Below, piece by piece: positions 1 to 14,705 of a DNA stretch of 64,000 nucleotides (the first letter of the stretch is position 1; each line of letters starts with the position of its first letter). The stretch covers positions 558,001 through 622,000 of the forward strand of contig MU059990.1 in the NCBI GenBank assembly GCA_013265495.1, written 5' to 3'. The DNA is from Vicugna vicugna. Taxonomy: Eukaryota. The notes under the pieces were generated by a model. The model was not told the origin of the DNA. It did not search any database and saw only the letters and a program-made list of their open reading frames with translations. Both the position numbers and the translations under genes were made by a program.

Positions 1-984
1 ATTTCCTGCCCTGGCATTCTAATGGTACAAAAAATGATTCTTGTCATCCTCGAGACAAACTCTGTCTTAGGCCCTTTTCTCCACCCTCAGAGGGGAGGCC
101 AGATGAAGTTCCTCATTTCTTTTCATCTTGTTAAACTCTGAGGGGATCCTGATTACTTTCATATCCCTGACAGCCATCCATACTATAAGCAGTGATCTCT
201 TCCACCTCAATAAGAGCATTTGGCCAGTATTAAAAACTACAACATCTTATGATTGGAAAGGACTGGGGGAAATGAGAAGCTCTGCTTTAACGGTTGTAAG
301 CTCTTGGCCCATTGGTTGAATTCATTCAGACCATAGATCAGTTTGGCTTGTCCCATGGAATGTTTGGTTTTTTTTTTAATACTGAGTTATTATTTTTAAA
401 GGGCGACATTTCCTATAAGGTTTCAATTTCTGATTTCTTTTGAAAAACTGTAAGTTTTGGCTACACGGGATACACACTCCCACATGGCAGTGCCTGGTGG
501 ACACTGCAGAGCTGCTGCTCCTTGAGGTAGGTTAGGACACGTGCTCTCCAGTTCATGACAGCCCCATCGGTCTCTTCTGCTCATTATCTGAGCCTAGTTC
601 ATTCATTTACATACCTGCATGGCCCCTGCAGGCTTCTGAGATTTGAAATCCTGCTCCACTCTCTACCTGGCTGGGACAGAATGTCAAGTTTGGCTGGTGT
701 CCTCAGGGCACAGGAGAAGGAAACACATCTTCCTTCCATCTCTTTGTTTCAAATCACTTCTCTCTCTAATAGTCTCCACTCATCTTCCCTTCCTATTGCC
801 TTCCTCTCCCCCATCCCTCAAGAAGTCTGGGAAGAGAATCACTGTTTACGGAATGTAAAATGACCACAATAAATGCACACTAGCAAGCGTGAGTGTCAGC
901 TCTGTAACTGGGGCTCTCCACTTTGCTCCACAGGAGAGTGTCTGCTCCCAGCCCCTTACAAACAGAATGCACAAGAGGGCATAC

Positions 985-1024
985 CAGACATATAGGAGCG
1001 GCCATTGCAGTCTTCTATGTCCAT
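985..1024 (-). CDS. IKZF4: IKZF4 (Eos) alternative first coding exon; exon spans 985-1039 (NAGNAG acceptor, 1039 or 1036). The rest of the gene lies left of the window
   Basis: Minus strand reads ttctcttccag|CAGAATCTCCCTAAG ATG GAC ATA GAA GAC TGC AAT GGC CGC TCC TAT ATG TCT G|gtatgc = MDIEDCNGRSYMS-G, the N-terminus I recall for the shorter Eos isoform. Position next to SUOX fits synteny. Confidence 0.88.
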
Positions 1025-2922
1025 CTTAGGGAGATTCTGCTGGAAGAGAAAACAGCTGCTATTAGAAGCCAGACGTGAGGAACGAGGAGGTTTCTCTCTA
1101 ACACTCTGGAGTTAGCAAGAACCCTACAGGGTCACTTACGTGTGCTCTGACCCTATCCTAAAGAATCAAAACCTCATACTTTGTCCTGGTGAGAAAGACA
1201 ATGTACACTGACTTGCAAACCCCAGGGTTTCCTCCAACCCCAACTTCTGCAGACTTCCCCAGTCTCTTGGGGAGAAACACTGTCTTATTCCAGACTGGTC
1301 CCTGGTTGTGTTGTTTTGAGAGTAGACCCTCTTCCTGTAGATGGGGTGATGGAATAGGAATGGAGACAGGTTACAGACCAGCCCTCGGGTGCAAAGAAAC
1401 AGCCCCATAGAGGCTCTAAACCTTGTTAAGGATGGGGTAGTAATAAGAGGAAGAAGCTAGATTCAGTCATTCAAGGGATATTTTTTGGGTGGAGGGAGCG
1501 TGGGAGGGGACAGGAAAGTAGAAGATGGAGAAGAGCAGCCCACCTTAGGTTCCGTGAAGAGTCCTCTACTGAAGGGGTAATAAATAAAACCTTTAAGTGG
1601 CTTCCCCGACCTTCTTGTCAATTACCTTGCTATGATTTATTTTTTAAGTGGAGTGGTGAGGGGACTCTGAATTTAAAATGCAGGCTAGTCTATTTGAGGG
1701 AAGGCAAACAGTAATTGGCAGTAGAGTATTAAACAACCAAGAACTGAGAACAATTAAAAGTGATAATTTGTTGCAATGAATTATCTCCTTAGGGGCCTGT
1801 GGGAGGAGAAAAAAAATCTATTTGGTGGAAATTTACATATATCCAAAATTGCTTTCACCCATCATCTAATGGAAAACAAATACCCCAGGGGCAGATCTGG
1901 GGGAGCCAGGGTGGGCCAAGGGAACAGGCTGAGCTGCACAAGGATTCTTGGTCTCTGAAGGATTCATTGAAGCAAACAGATGAAAATTTGGTTTGCTTGT
2001 AATACTATATTGAGAAAAGTGGGAGTAGGGGGTTCTGGAGGGCACCCCCTCCAGAGGGGAAGTATCTATTACCCTGTCTCTCCTCCCCAGTCATTCTTGT
2101 TTAGTGCTGAGAGACATACTCCTGTAAATAGTCTCATGAGAAAGCCCAAGACACAGGCTTTGCTTCACTTTGCAAAGCAGCTCTCCCTAGGTTTCACTAG
2201 AGAGATTCCTAGCTTTACCCAGGAAGCCTGGGTGTGGAAGAAAAAATTCTCTAAATTTATTTTCAGCTCCTCTTTTCTTGACATCCTCCCTGGGATGGAC
2301 TGAGATTTAGGACTAGACTGTTAAACCAAGCCACAAGAATAAGTGGTTCCTTGAAGGTTCCCTTAGGGGCAATGATGAGAAGAGCCCAAGTCCACAGTGG
2401 TTAGTGAACTCAGAGTCTCTGGAACTAGCCTTAGAACTTGTGGTGGTCAGGGATGCAAATGTGAGGGAAGGCAGTCTGGTACCCACGGGCCCCTTTCATT
2501 TCTGAGTCATTAGCTCCATAATTGCCCTTTGGGATTTTGCAAAGCTCAAGATGCCACAAGTAACTTCCCTCACACACACCGCCCCCAGGCAGGTGAAGCA
2601 AGAGTGAGCAGGATTTCCCCTATTTTCTGCTTAGAGAACCTGAGGCTCAGGGCAGCTAACGGACTTGTCTCAGGGCTCACAGTGAGGTCGGAACAAGGAA
2701 AAGAATAAGTCTCCGGCCTCTCTGAGGTGTGCTCTTTCCATTAAACCATGTTGCTTCCTTTCAAAAGCCAGGGTACTCAAGGCCTTTGTGGATCTCCTTG
2801 CTTGTCCTGGTTCTAACATCAATTTTCCTGGTTCTAACATATTTTTCTTTGGTGTGATCCCTGTGGGAGTGGGGTCTGTTACTTGAAAAGGAAGAACAAG
2901 TTGAGCAGGCTCTAAGGGGAGA

Positions 2923-3106
2923 NNNNNNNNNNNNNNNNNNNNNNNNNNNNNNNNNNNNNNNNNNNNNNNNNNNNNNNNNNNNNNNNNNNNNNNNNNNNNN
3001 NNNNNNNNNNNNNNNNNNNNNNNNNNNNNNNNNNNNNNNNNNNNNNNNNNNNNNNNNNNNNNNNNNNNNNNNNNNNNNNNNNNNNNNNNNNNNNNNNNNN
3101 NNNNNN
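2923..3106. other. Assembly gap (184 N)
   Basis: Run of N in the sequence. Confidence 1.
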
Positions 3107-6100
3107 CTAGGTGGGCAGAGCAGCTGAAGCATAGCATTCAGCTAGTACTGGCTCAGGAAGTGTATCTCATTCTTGGACACCTGCCCAAATGGCCCCAAAA
3201 TAATTGCCAGAAGGGTCTGAAGGAGTTGTTTTCTGAGCTGGACTTTGTTCTTAGAAGTAAACTGAGCTCGTCTGCTTCTTAATTGTTCTTAACAGGTGCC
3301 CCATAACACAGCTTGGGCAAAAACCATCTTTAGCTGCCTCCAACTATCTAAATGCCACTCTGGGACCCCTGGGAGTGAGATGGGATCGAGGTTCTGCTGT
3401 TCCCGATCCTGGTATTCTGAGAGCCACAAGCACATCAGGAGATGTACTTCACTGTCTGCTCAACTCTCCAGGCAGCACATCCCTCTCTACCTTCCCACTC
3501 CCTGCCCTTCACAGCACCTCCTTCCCTGCCTGGCCAGCCAGGCAGACCTTAGTGTCTCCTTACAGGAACTGGGTCAAATTAGGCAGTGCCAATTGGAGAC
3601 ACACCACAGTGGGAAGAGGTATAAGGACAGAGAAGTTAGTTTCACAAGACAGGTTTGGCTCAAAGATCTTGAAAGGAAACTGGCTTTACAGCAGCATAGA
3701 CATCATTCAGTGATGGAGGTCGGTACATATGTACTGTAAATTCAGTTCAGTGAGCTGAATACAAAGCAACTAGAGACAGCCAGTCTCCCAATTCAGAAGA
3801 AAGTAGCTCTGTAAGAAGGGAGGGAAGGTTGATCATTGTAACCTCTGGAGACAAAGATTTTCTTCCCTGTTCCTTTGAATGCACTTCGCACCATCACAGG
3901 AGTCCTCCATGGCCCTGGCTTTCTCCAGTCAACATGATATCACATTTGAACAGGAATGGGCACCCCTTCTAGACAGAAGATTTCCTACCATGCTTCCTGA
4001 CAAGCAGCAGGGGAGACCAATCCAAGGTCTGACTTCCAAGGGCAGGTCAGGCATCAGCTAACACCTCCATCTCCCATCTCACCAAAAACGTTCCCCCATC
4101 TGTAACTATTGGTGACAAAAATACCGGAGTGTTAAATTTTCTCTGTGTAGTGGCTGTGAAAGCCTAAAATAAGATGGACATCACAAGTAATTAAAACTCT
4201 TCAAATCCTCCAAAGAATCCTGTTTGATCCAATGACACTACAAAATGAGAATTTAAAACACTCCCTCCTCCCACCATGTAGCATAGTAGGTAGAAAGGTA
4301 GTGAGGAGGATATTGGATATTGGTGGGAAAGAGGGTGGGAGTGGAGAGAGGGGCAAGGGTCCATGCCATCCTTTTGGTTATTATTCCCAAAGTGCAACAG
4401 GGAGAAGTGGAAGTTTTTTCCTCTGGCCCCTCTTAAGACCTGGGATCTAAGGCAGAACCCAGTGATTATTAGTAAGACAGAACTTTCCACCTTCCTGGAC
4501 CTGAGCAGTTCAGATACTACAAGTAGACCAAACCCCTAGCATCATCTTCTCCTGTCTGTGCCCTCCTGAACTGAATGAAATCTGAGCAAAAACACTGGAA
4601 TCACATAGGTGGCTCTGCTCTCTACCAGGACTTTGCATAATTGGGGAGGGGGAAGGGTTGAGGGAAGAGGTAGAATTAGGCACTGTTTGCAACCTGACTA
4701 CACGCCCCTTTCCAGGATCCAGACCTTGACATGGAGCAGTTTGCAGCTATGAAATGACCTTGACGGTCAACCTAGTGCCCTCTGAAGGAAACCCACCAAC
4801 CTTTTCTCAGCTCATGTGTCTGTATGTACAGCAGAAAGCTCTGACTCCTTTTTCCACCAGGCTGTAGATGGTGACCTTCTGCCTACATACAACATAGACG
4901 AAGACAGCTCAGCTTCGTTATCCAAGTGCTTGGGGAGCAGAGCGGAGGGGATGAATTCCCAGGTCTCCCTAGGAATGGCCAGTCTCTAAAACAAGAAGGG
5001 GTAAGAGCGGGAAACACAACACCTGGGCAGTGGGAAAATATCACCTCATTTCTCCTTTTAGATCTCAGATGATGCATCTTTTCTCTTGTTCTTTGCGCTT
5101 CCCTGTCCTCCCCATGCAGACTGCAGAAGAGAGAGAATGCTGCTAAGGGTTATGGGTGGGAGGGGAAACAATCTCACCCCTCCCATGTCTCACTTCAGGA
5201 TTTAAGGAATAAGGAAAGGGCCAAACTAAACAGTTTAAATCACTAGGTGTGATGCGCATGAGATGATACTTTGAGTCTTTTGGGTATACCCTTGAGTATA
5301 TAAGCCCTGCTTCTATAGAAAGGCCTCACAAAGTCACGCTGTTCAGCTGCATGTTTGGGCAGGGGTTATGAAAGTGGAGCAGGGCAGTTCAATTTGAGGT
5401 GATGCCCAAAACGGTTTGCTCTCTCAAGTGAAGTCTGAAATGACATGGAAGTCTCAATTAACTACTCTGGTTGGTGTAGGGCGGCAAAAAGGTGGAAGAG
5501 ACAGGAACAACTGCTTTTGGTGGCTGTCCTGGCCAGAAGTCCCTAATGCATGCTGACCAAAGAAGCTCACTGTTGTTTGGGCCAGAAAAAGATGTTTTCA
5601 GGCTCCTCGGCTATCAAGGAATCTTGCTCTGACAATCCAATTTAGTAAGCCTCTCTTCATGTGGAGGGCCTGGGGCAGGGCTGCTCCAGGACCTAGGGAA
5701 TCCTGGAGCTAGAATGGAGTTGAGAGATGACATCCAATCTCTTGGTTTTTAACAGAAGAGGAAATTAAGCTCTGAGTCCCCTATCTGGTTAGCAATAGAA
5801 GTAAGACAAATAGCACCCAAGTAACCAGTCGGGTTCTTTCTACTACAGCACAAAGTTAAATCTTGCCACAGCTGTAAGGTTTGGGGCTACTCTGCTTGCC
5901 CTCTTTCTTGAGTAATGAAATGAACAGTTTTGGGGTTTGCATCTCAGTGACTTAAATCCTTGAACTAGAAATACAGGTTTATGATGGGAAAAGAAAGAAC
6001 CCTCTCCTTCCCATGTCTGCTTTCAGAGATTATGGGCCTGAGGAAAAAGTCAACCTAGACTCTCACTACATCTCTTTAAGGTAGGAACAGGGCTCCTCGG

Positions 6101-8229
6101 CTCAAGGATTAGACCAGCAGTATTCCAGAGAGTCTACAAGGTTGATGCTCCCCACCTTCCCCAAGAGGGTGGGGACCAGGCCATTCACATCAGCACTGTC
6201 TTTTCTTAGGTGCTTTCATCTGATAAACCTTGAACCTGTCTCTGTTCCCAATACAGAATCCACAACTTCTGAGAAAAGGAGGCAAATAAAAGAGCTTGGA
6301 ATTCAGAGCCTTTGCCAGCAGGGTCAAGAGACCAACAAAGAGAATCCCTCCGCCTGTGACATTGTCTACATGCACAGGGCCCCACACTCTTATTCGTTCC
6401 TACAGAGTAAAATGAGGCTGGAAGTACCTGCCCAACAATAACTTATCTTTATTTTTTCCTTGACTATTCTGTGTGTGTGTTGAGAAAAGAGATGGCCAGT
6501 CTGAGAGAAAATAACTTCTTTGTGGATGTTGGGTGGGGAAGGTAGGATAAAAGATAGGATAATGTTCCTCCCATGCTGGGAAGTACTGACTATATACTAA
6601 GAGGAAATAAGGAATAAATTTTCAGTTGCATTTTTACTGAAAAAAAGTCAGGACTTATTTCTGAGCCACGTCCTGAAACATGATTTATCCTTAACCTACT
6701 GAGAGTAAGGGGACTGCCCAGAAGCTACAATTCAGCTAACTGCACTCAGTGGGCAACAAAAACATTATGCTTTGTGCTTGAGACCTCAGCATCTATTGAT
6801 TAGGACAAGATATGATTCTGAAGCTGCCAAATTGAGGACAGCTCCCACTGTCCTGGGGCCTACTCTAGAGAGACCTCTCCTGCTTCCCCATAGTAAGGTG
6901 ATTTTCTTCTTTTAAGACTTTATTTTTAACTAAGGAGCCACTCTTTTGACTGTTCTCATGACCCAGGGAGCTGTCTGGATTCTCTGAATTAGGCTGTTAG
7001 TGGGGAAGGCTGAAGTCCTCCGCACACCACAAAGCAAGATTCAGGGACCCATTGGCAGACCCATGAGGAGGTGAGGAATTCCCAGCTACCCCTACCAAAC
7101 AAGATGCTATACTTTCAAACAGCGTCTGATTTGGCCTTTTATCTCGTCTTGTCTTCAGAATTTTAGTTATCTTTAAGTGGAAATATTCTAGGTAGTGAGA
7201 TACGTGTTTTTAATACTTCCTAAGGATATGAACATGTACCTTCACATAGGCAAAGTGAACAAGTAGCAGTAAGGGGAAACAGCTAGGCCTCCAGAGTCTT
7301 CTGCTTGGCTATGATGTTGGAAGGCTTAGAGCTGACCTGTGAGCAAGTCAAAAATATACCAAGCTCACCCTTGATGCTTTGAGGGCTCATACTGGGGAGA
7401 CTGGGGCACAGCTGCAGCTATCAAACATGTAAGTGGGGGTGGGTAAGAGTCACAACAGTAGACAGTTTTGCTTATAAGAGAAGGCACTGAGGTGAAAGAA
7501 GGTGTGCAAAACTTGACACAATGTGGTTGGTAATACATCAAGTCTTCCTGGAAGCAGAGTTAGTAAATTCTTGACCTTGGAGGGGGAAATGGGGTACTAT
7601 ATTTCCTAAACAACTCATATTTAGGTCTATGTTCCCATTAAATATTCCACTGTCACCAGATAGGGCCATTCATAATTAGGGAGGGAAAGAAAGCACAGAA
7701 ATCAAAGGTAGTGAGGATCTACAATTCTATTAGATAAAGGGGAAGAAAATAACTGGGAATAGGTCTGTGTGAAGAGGTACAGGGAGGGCTGTTTTAGTTC
7801 AGACCTGCTTCTCAAGGTCTGTTGTTCCCTCTGGTTGTCTGCCCCAGGACTTTCTCTGTTACATTTCTTTCTTGGAGGTCCTATGCAGTGAATCTCTTCC
7901 TTCCGAGGTTCCCCGGACTTCTCACCCTACACAGTACTCCAGACAGCACTTTTCACTCTATCCGGACTTTGTTCTCTACTACATGGTTCTCCCACTCGGC
8001 TCATTGCCTCCCAGATCTTCGCACTTCGGCCTATGTCTTTCACTCTAACCTTCTCTACTTAACCTTCTCTACCAAATCCCCGGTCTCTAGCTTCTCTGCC
8101 CAGGTACCCTGTCTAATTATGCCTTCTCCGCCCTGTTCCTCTGTTCTACCCAAGTCGTACCCCGAGAGGAGCCTCGCGCACGCCAGCTCCTGCCTGTCCT
8201 CGGTCCTCAGCCTTGACCGGTCTCCCGCC

Positions 8230-8800
8230 TTTTTAGGTTGCCTTGGTTTCTGCTACCTCCCCCTCAACCCTGTGGCCTCGCGTCAAACTCCCCCATGACA
8301 GCTTCTTCCTTCGGGCCGCAGCCCACCCAGCGACCCTCTACCCGACTGGCCCCCGCCCACCTCTCCCCGCGCTTTACTCCCAAGCCCCTAAGGCCCCGCC
8401 CCCGACCACCGAGGCCCCGCCCCCGCGCTTCGCCCAAGCCCCGCCCCTCACTCACCTGAGGCAGCTCCGCGCGCGCGCAGGCTTGGGGGGGGCGGAAGGT
8501 GGCCGCAGCCGGGCCGGAGGCGGCATCCGGGCGTTCAGCAGCGGCGGCGGCTCCATCTCCATCAGCGGCTTCACCTGAGGAGGGACGGCCCCCCCCCACA
8601 AACCCCCCCCATCACAACCTTCCCCCCTCCCGCGAACAACTTCCGGCCCCACCACCAGGCGACAGGCGGCGTGGCCGAACACCGAGCGCCCCCAAGCCCG
8701 GGAGACTGCTGGGGAGAGATGGAAGAGTTAGGGGAGAGTAGCCGAGCGCCGAAAAATTCGAGCCCTAAAGGCGCGGTCCCGGCAGAGCGTAACTCAAATC
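8230..8800 (-). promoter_or_regulatory. IKZF4: CpG island, probable IKZF4 distal promoter and first exon (donor CTCAG|GTGAGT at 8456/8455)
   Basis: CpG-dense, several CCCCGCCC GC boxes (about 8350-8447), consensus minus-strand donor, upstream of the IKZF4 coding exon on the same strand. Assignment is by synteny. Confidence 0.65.
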
Positions 8801-9275
8801 GCTGCCCCTTCACCTCCATCTAATTTGCAAACTAGGCCGCGTTGGACGCCCTACTTGCCCTAGCACATCTGCTCTTAGTGCCAAGTTTTGTCTCTGCCTG
8901 TCCTAAGACAATATTGATTTTAACCTCTTAGCATTCTTTGCCTTTCCTGCCAAGTGTGTAGGGATTGCGGGGGAGGGGGAAGAGGACCTCAAGGATGCCG
9001 AATTTAAAATGTTTTCCTCTTGGGGGGATATCCTGAGGTCATTCACCTAAGCAGCCCTGCAGATGCCGACAGACATCAGAGAAGGAAATCCCATTTCTTG
9101 ATTTCCCTGTACTGCTTCCTTTTCCCCTCCCCTCCACCTTTTGTTTGGGTTGTCTCACTAGACATCCCAGTACCACTGAATCTCCCTCCTGCAACGTGCT
9201 CACTCTAGCCTCAAGAGGTCCCAGAAGTCACCTTTTATTTTTTGCTTTTTCATATTGGTAGTCTTAAACAGATAC

Positions 9276-9281
9276 TTTATT
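9276..9281 (-). terminator. SUOX: Candidate SUOX polyadenylation signal (AATAAA)
   Basis: tttatt on plus, about 500 nt past the stop codon. A second AATAAA lies at 9234-9239. Confidence 0.55.
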
Positions 9282-9778
9282 GAAGTATTTAGAAAAGTGT
9301 AACTATAAAAGGAGAGGGTTGAGCCCCTCACACCCCCTGGCAAACTACAGAGGCAGTAAAAAATTGTATACAGTTTTCTTACACATATTCTCACACATTC
9401 TCTGAAGACCCTAAGAAGAAAAGCAAAATAAGGCTTCAGTGGTGATAAGCATTAGAAAAGGAGATAGGGTAGGTAGAGAAAATAGTGCTTATTTCCAGAA
9501 TTTCCCACTTCTGGTCCTCTGCTCCAACAGCTCTCACCTCCTGGCACAGGGTTAGTAGCCAGGAGGAGTATATAATACAGTGTCAAAGAAAGGGTGGATG
9601 CCTGGGTGGAAATGTGTGGTGTGTATGTTTGTGTGGCTTAGGAAGGCATAGTCAGGGTTGTGATCCAAGACATGGAGAGGTAGAGGGAAATATTTTTCTG
9701 TGGTAATGAGGCCAAAGGATGGATGTGGAAAGGGGTTGAGAAGGTGATTCTGAAGAGTAGATGGTTCCATTTCACCTT

Positions 9779-11942
<2,164 letters not shown>

Positions 11943-12663
11943 TGTGGCAGACCTAGGATAGGAGGAAGATTCCAGGATCAAGATAGGGAGTCCTGGGAGG
12001 TGATGATTGAGGGAATGGGAGGAAGACACAGAGATCAGCAAGGAACTCTGGACAAATGGGGAAAACTTTTCAGTGGCAATGAGGTCAAAGGACGGAAGTG
12101 GGGGTCCAAATGGGCCTTAGAGAAAATCTGGAGCACTTCGGAGACAGACTATGCTGACAAGATGGAAAGGAATGGGAGATGGTGTCTAAGTGGAAAGAGT
12201 CTCCTAGAATCACCTGTCTCCCATCCTCCACTCTCTACTTTGCCCACTACAGAGAACAATGTCTGGGGGCCAAAAGTCTATTGTCCAGTTTGCCAGTTTA
12301 TTTTTTCTGAAGTCAGCAGAGGACAACTAAGGGGCAGACTACTTAAACAGGGACAAAAAAGGTAAAAAAGGTAGTGGCAGTCTAATGGGGTAAAGAAGCC
12401 TGGATTCTGAAGTTAAACTGCCTTGCATTTGTGAAACCAGCCCTACCATTAACCAGCCTTGTTCCTGGGCAAGATACCAAACCTCTCTGAACTTGTGTCC
12501 TCATCTATGAAATGACATCTACGTAGCAGAGCTGCCGTGATGAGCAAACAAGTAATAACCCTGTCACTGAAGGCCTTTCCCTGTCGTCCCTCCACCCACC
12601 CTAAAAAAATAAAAATTGAACCCTGCTGGGAACTGGACCCCAACCCGGAGTTCCCACTCTTAC

Positions 12664-12768
12664 CTTTCTATGCCATTCCAATGAGCTCAGCAAGTTGAGA
12701 AGTTAATGGCCAGGGTGTCAGGGGATGGGCTAGAGAAGGAAGAAGGTAATTTTCCTGCTCTGGCCTGC
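12664..12768 (-). other. SUOX: Probable SUOX 5' non-coding exon
   Basis: Flanked by ctgctgcag| and AAAG|gtaaga, between the CpG promoter and the ATG exon (11890-11952). Not confirmed by transcript data. Confidence 0.55.
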
Positions 12769-13179
12769 CTGCAGCAGTTTCTTCTTCACAGCACTGAGCA
12801 GATCACTGACCCCAGGAGGGCCAAAGTGGGGAGGGGTACGAGTCAGAATTGCTGATGAGATGCTAAAAGATGGGGGCGGGCAGAGAGACTGTGAGGGAGC
12901 TAGGCGTTGGAATAGAGTCTGCATTTTACTCCTGTACCTTGGGACCCTCACTTCCTTCCACCTACCCTCAATCCCAGCAACCCATTAGAACAAAACTGGA
13001 GCGGTGCAAATAGGACTGACCTGCAGGTGATCAGTCCAGTGTTCCAGGTTGGGAGAAACAGCCTTCAAAACACAATGTCACCGCCCTGTGCAGGTGGTAG
13101 CCAGTCACTTCCCAGGGGGCACTTTAGTTAGAATATGGATATATCCAGCACCAGGGCACAAGCACCCGGTCCCATGTTA

Positions 13180-13680
13180 CTGCCCAGCAGCTGGCCGGAG
13201 TGTCTTACAGCAACACCCCGTGGCCCCAGGAGCACCCCGCTAGCGGGAGTGGAGGCGGGTACTGGCAGTTCTGTTGTCCGTGGTATTCGGAGCACTCTGG
13301 GTGCCAAGACCCCCGCCCGGGTTACTAGCCCTGCCTCCTCCTTTTCCTTCTCTCGGCCCAAGCCTCCTTACCCGTTCGGCGGCAGTCCACACGGTGGCTG
13401 TTTTACCCGCCCGGCCCAGCAGCTGCCGGCGAAGGGGCGGGGGCAGCGCCGTGACGTTGAGTCGGAGTAAAGGACCACTCTCGCCCCTCGGCTCACCCCT
13501 CCGCAATTGGCGGGCTGCAGGCCACCTCCCAGCTGCTGTGCCCGCCTCCCGGAGGCTGATGCTGGCGGGGCGCCCCCTGGGCTCCGAGCTAGGAGCGATG
13601 TTTTTGTCTCCACCTCCCGCTAGAGGACGAATGGGACCCTCACGACGTCCGGAACCCAGGCAGTGGAAGGTGACAAAGAC
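13180..13680 (-). promoter_or_regulatory. SUOX: SUOX CpG-rich promoter with probable first-exon donor (GAACGG|gtaagg at 13372/13371)
   Basis: CpG-rich, GC boxes, CRE-like TGACGT near 13452, about 1.4 kb upstream of the ATG. Confidence 0.7.
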
Positions 13681-14589
13681 TCCAATGGTTGGGCCAAGAG
13701 ATGCCTCCGCCCCGGCAGAGACACAAGGTGCTTTCACTAGAGACCTCGGGATCCAGCTGGCTTTTCTCCCGGTGGTGAGCTCGGCCTCTACCCTGTTTTT
13801 GACAAACGTCTGTGTTGCAATTACAACAGCCCTGTTTGTCTTTTAGAGAAAACAGGATCAAGCGCTCGAGTCTCTTATATCCAGGAATGAGGGCAGAAAT
13901 GAGGCCTAAATAAGTGGCTCAAAGACTTCGAGATTCCTTGGACTAGTTGAAGTTTCCCTCAAATTATAGAACCAACATTCAATAGCCATCTTTTTTATTT
14001 TGCTTAGTTGCCATTTAATAAAATAAATGACATTTTCAACATTCAAAAGTAGGAAGATTATAATTGCTCATAATCTTAGAATAAAGAACACTAATAGAAA
14101 TTGTTTGCAAATTACCCTTTTATCTTTTGGTGCGGAGAATTTGTCATTAGCTAGCTGCAAACGTATCCCACACTGCCCTCTAGAGACTAGAAGGTTGAAT
14201 TACAACCTTAGTTTAAGTGACGGCCTTATTTAATTTTGGAAGATCACTTCCGCTCCCTTTCTGCTCTCAGCTGAACTTGAGCTTTTACTACGAATCAAGG
14301 AGCTGTGTGGGGAGTACTAAGAGATATACACAAAGGGGAACCGACAGTGAAAAGGTGATTTTGGAAAAAGTTTTTGGAAAATGATTCCCAACTCAACTGT
14401 ATATAAACTAATCATCAAAGAGGCCTGATGCCCAACCTCTCCCACCAGTCTTAAGAAACAGGGCTCAGCCCAAGTACACAAAGAAGTCAGTTAGGGACTG
14501 TCTGAAGCCATGGATGAGACTTCTGCCTAATAACAGTGTCACCTTATAAAAAGCCACACACATGCTTTATATAATTGACCTTTTAAACC

Positions 14590-14705
14590 TCAACTTTTTT
14601 TTTTCATTTTACGTAAGAAACGGAGGCAAAGAGCGGCTAAGTAACTTGATCAAAGCCACAGCTGGTAAGCTGGCAGAGATGGAACAGAATACTTGACTCT
14701 GTCTT
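14590..14705 (-). mobile_element. MIR SINE fragment
   Basis: ttttacgtaagaaacggaggcaaagagcggctaagtaacttgatcaaagccacagctggtaag resembles the MIR core in reverse. Boundaries approximate. Confidence 0.7.

Noticed and set aside
2805-2840. Short direct repeats (tcctggttctaacat x2; also cccacagctggtac x2 near 18604-18632)
   Set aside because: Ordinary slippage micro-duplications with no further structure.
1100-8200. Possible additional IKZF4 non-coding exons or conserved elements (e.g. about 4500-4570)
   Set aside because: Splice-like motifs exist but cannot be told from chance without transcript or conservation data.
7822-8819. Cluster of overlapping ORFs on both strands
   Set aside because: GC-rich promoter artefacts with no family similarity.
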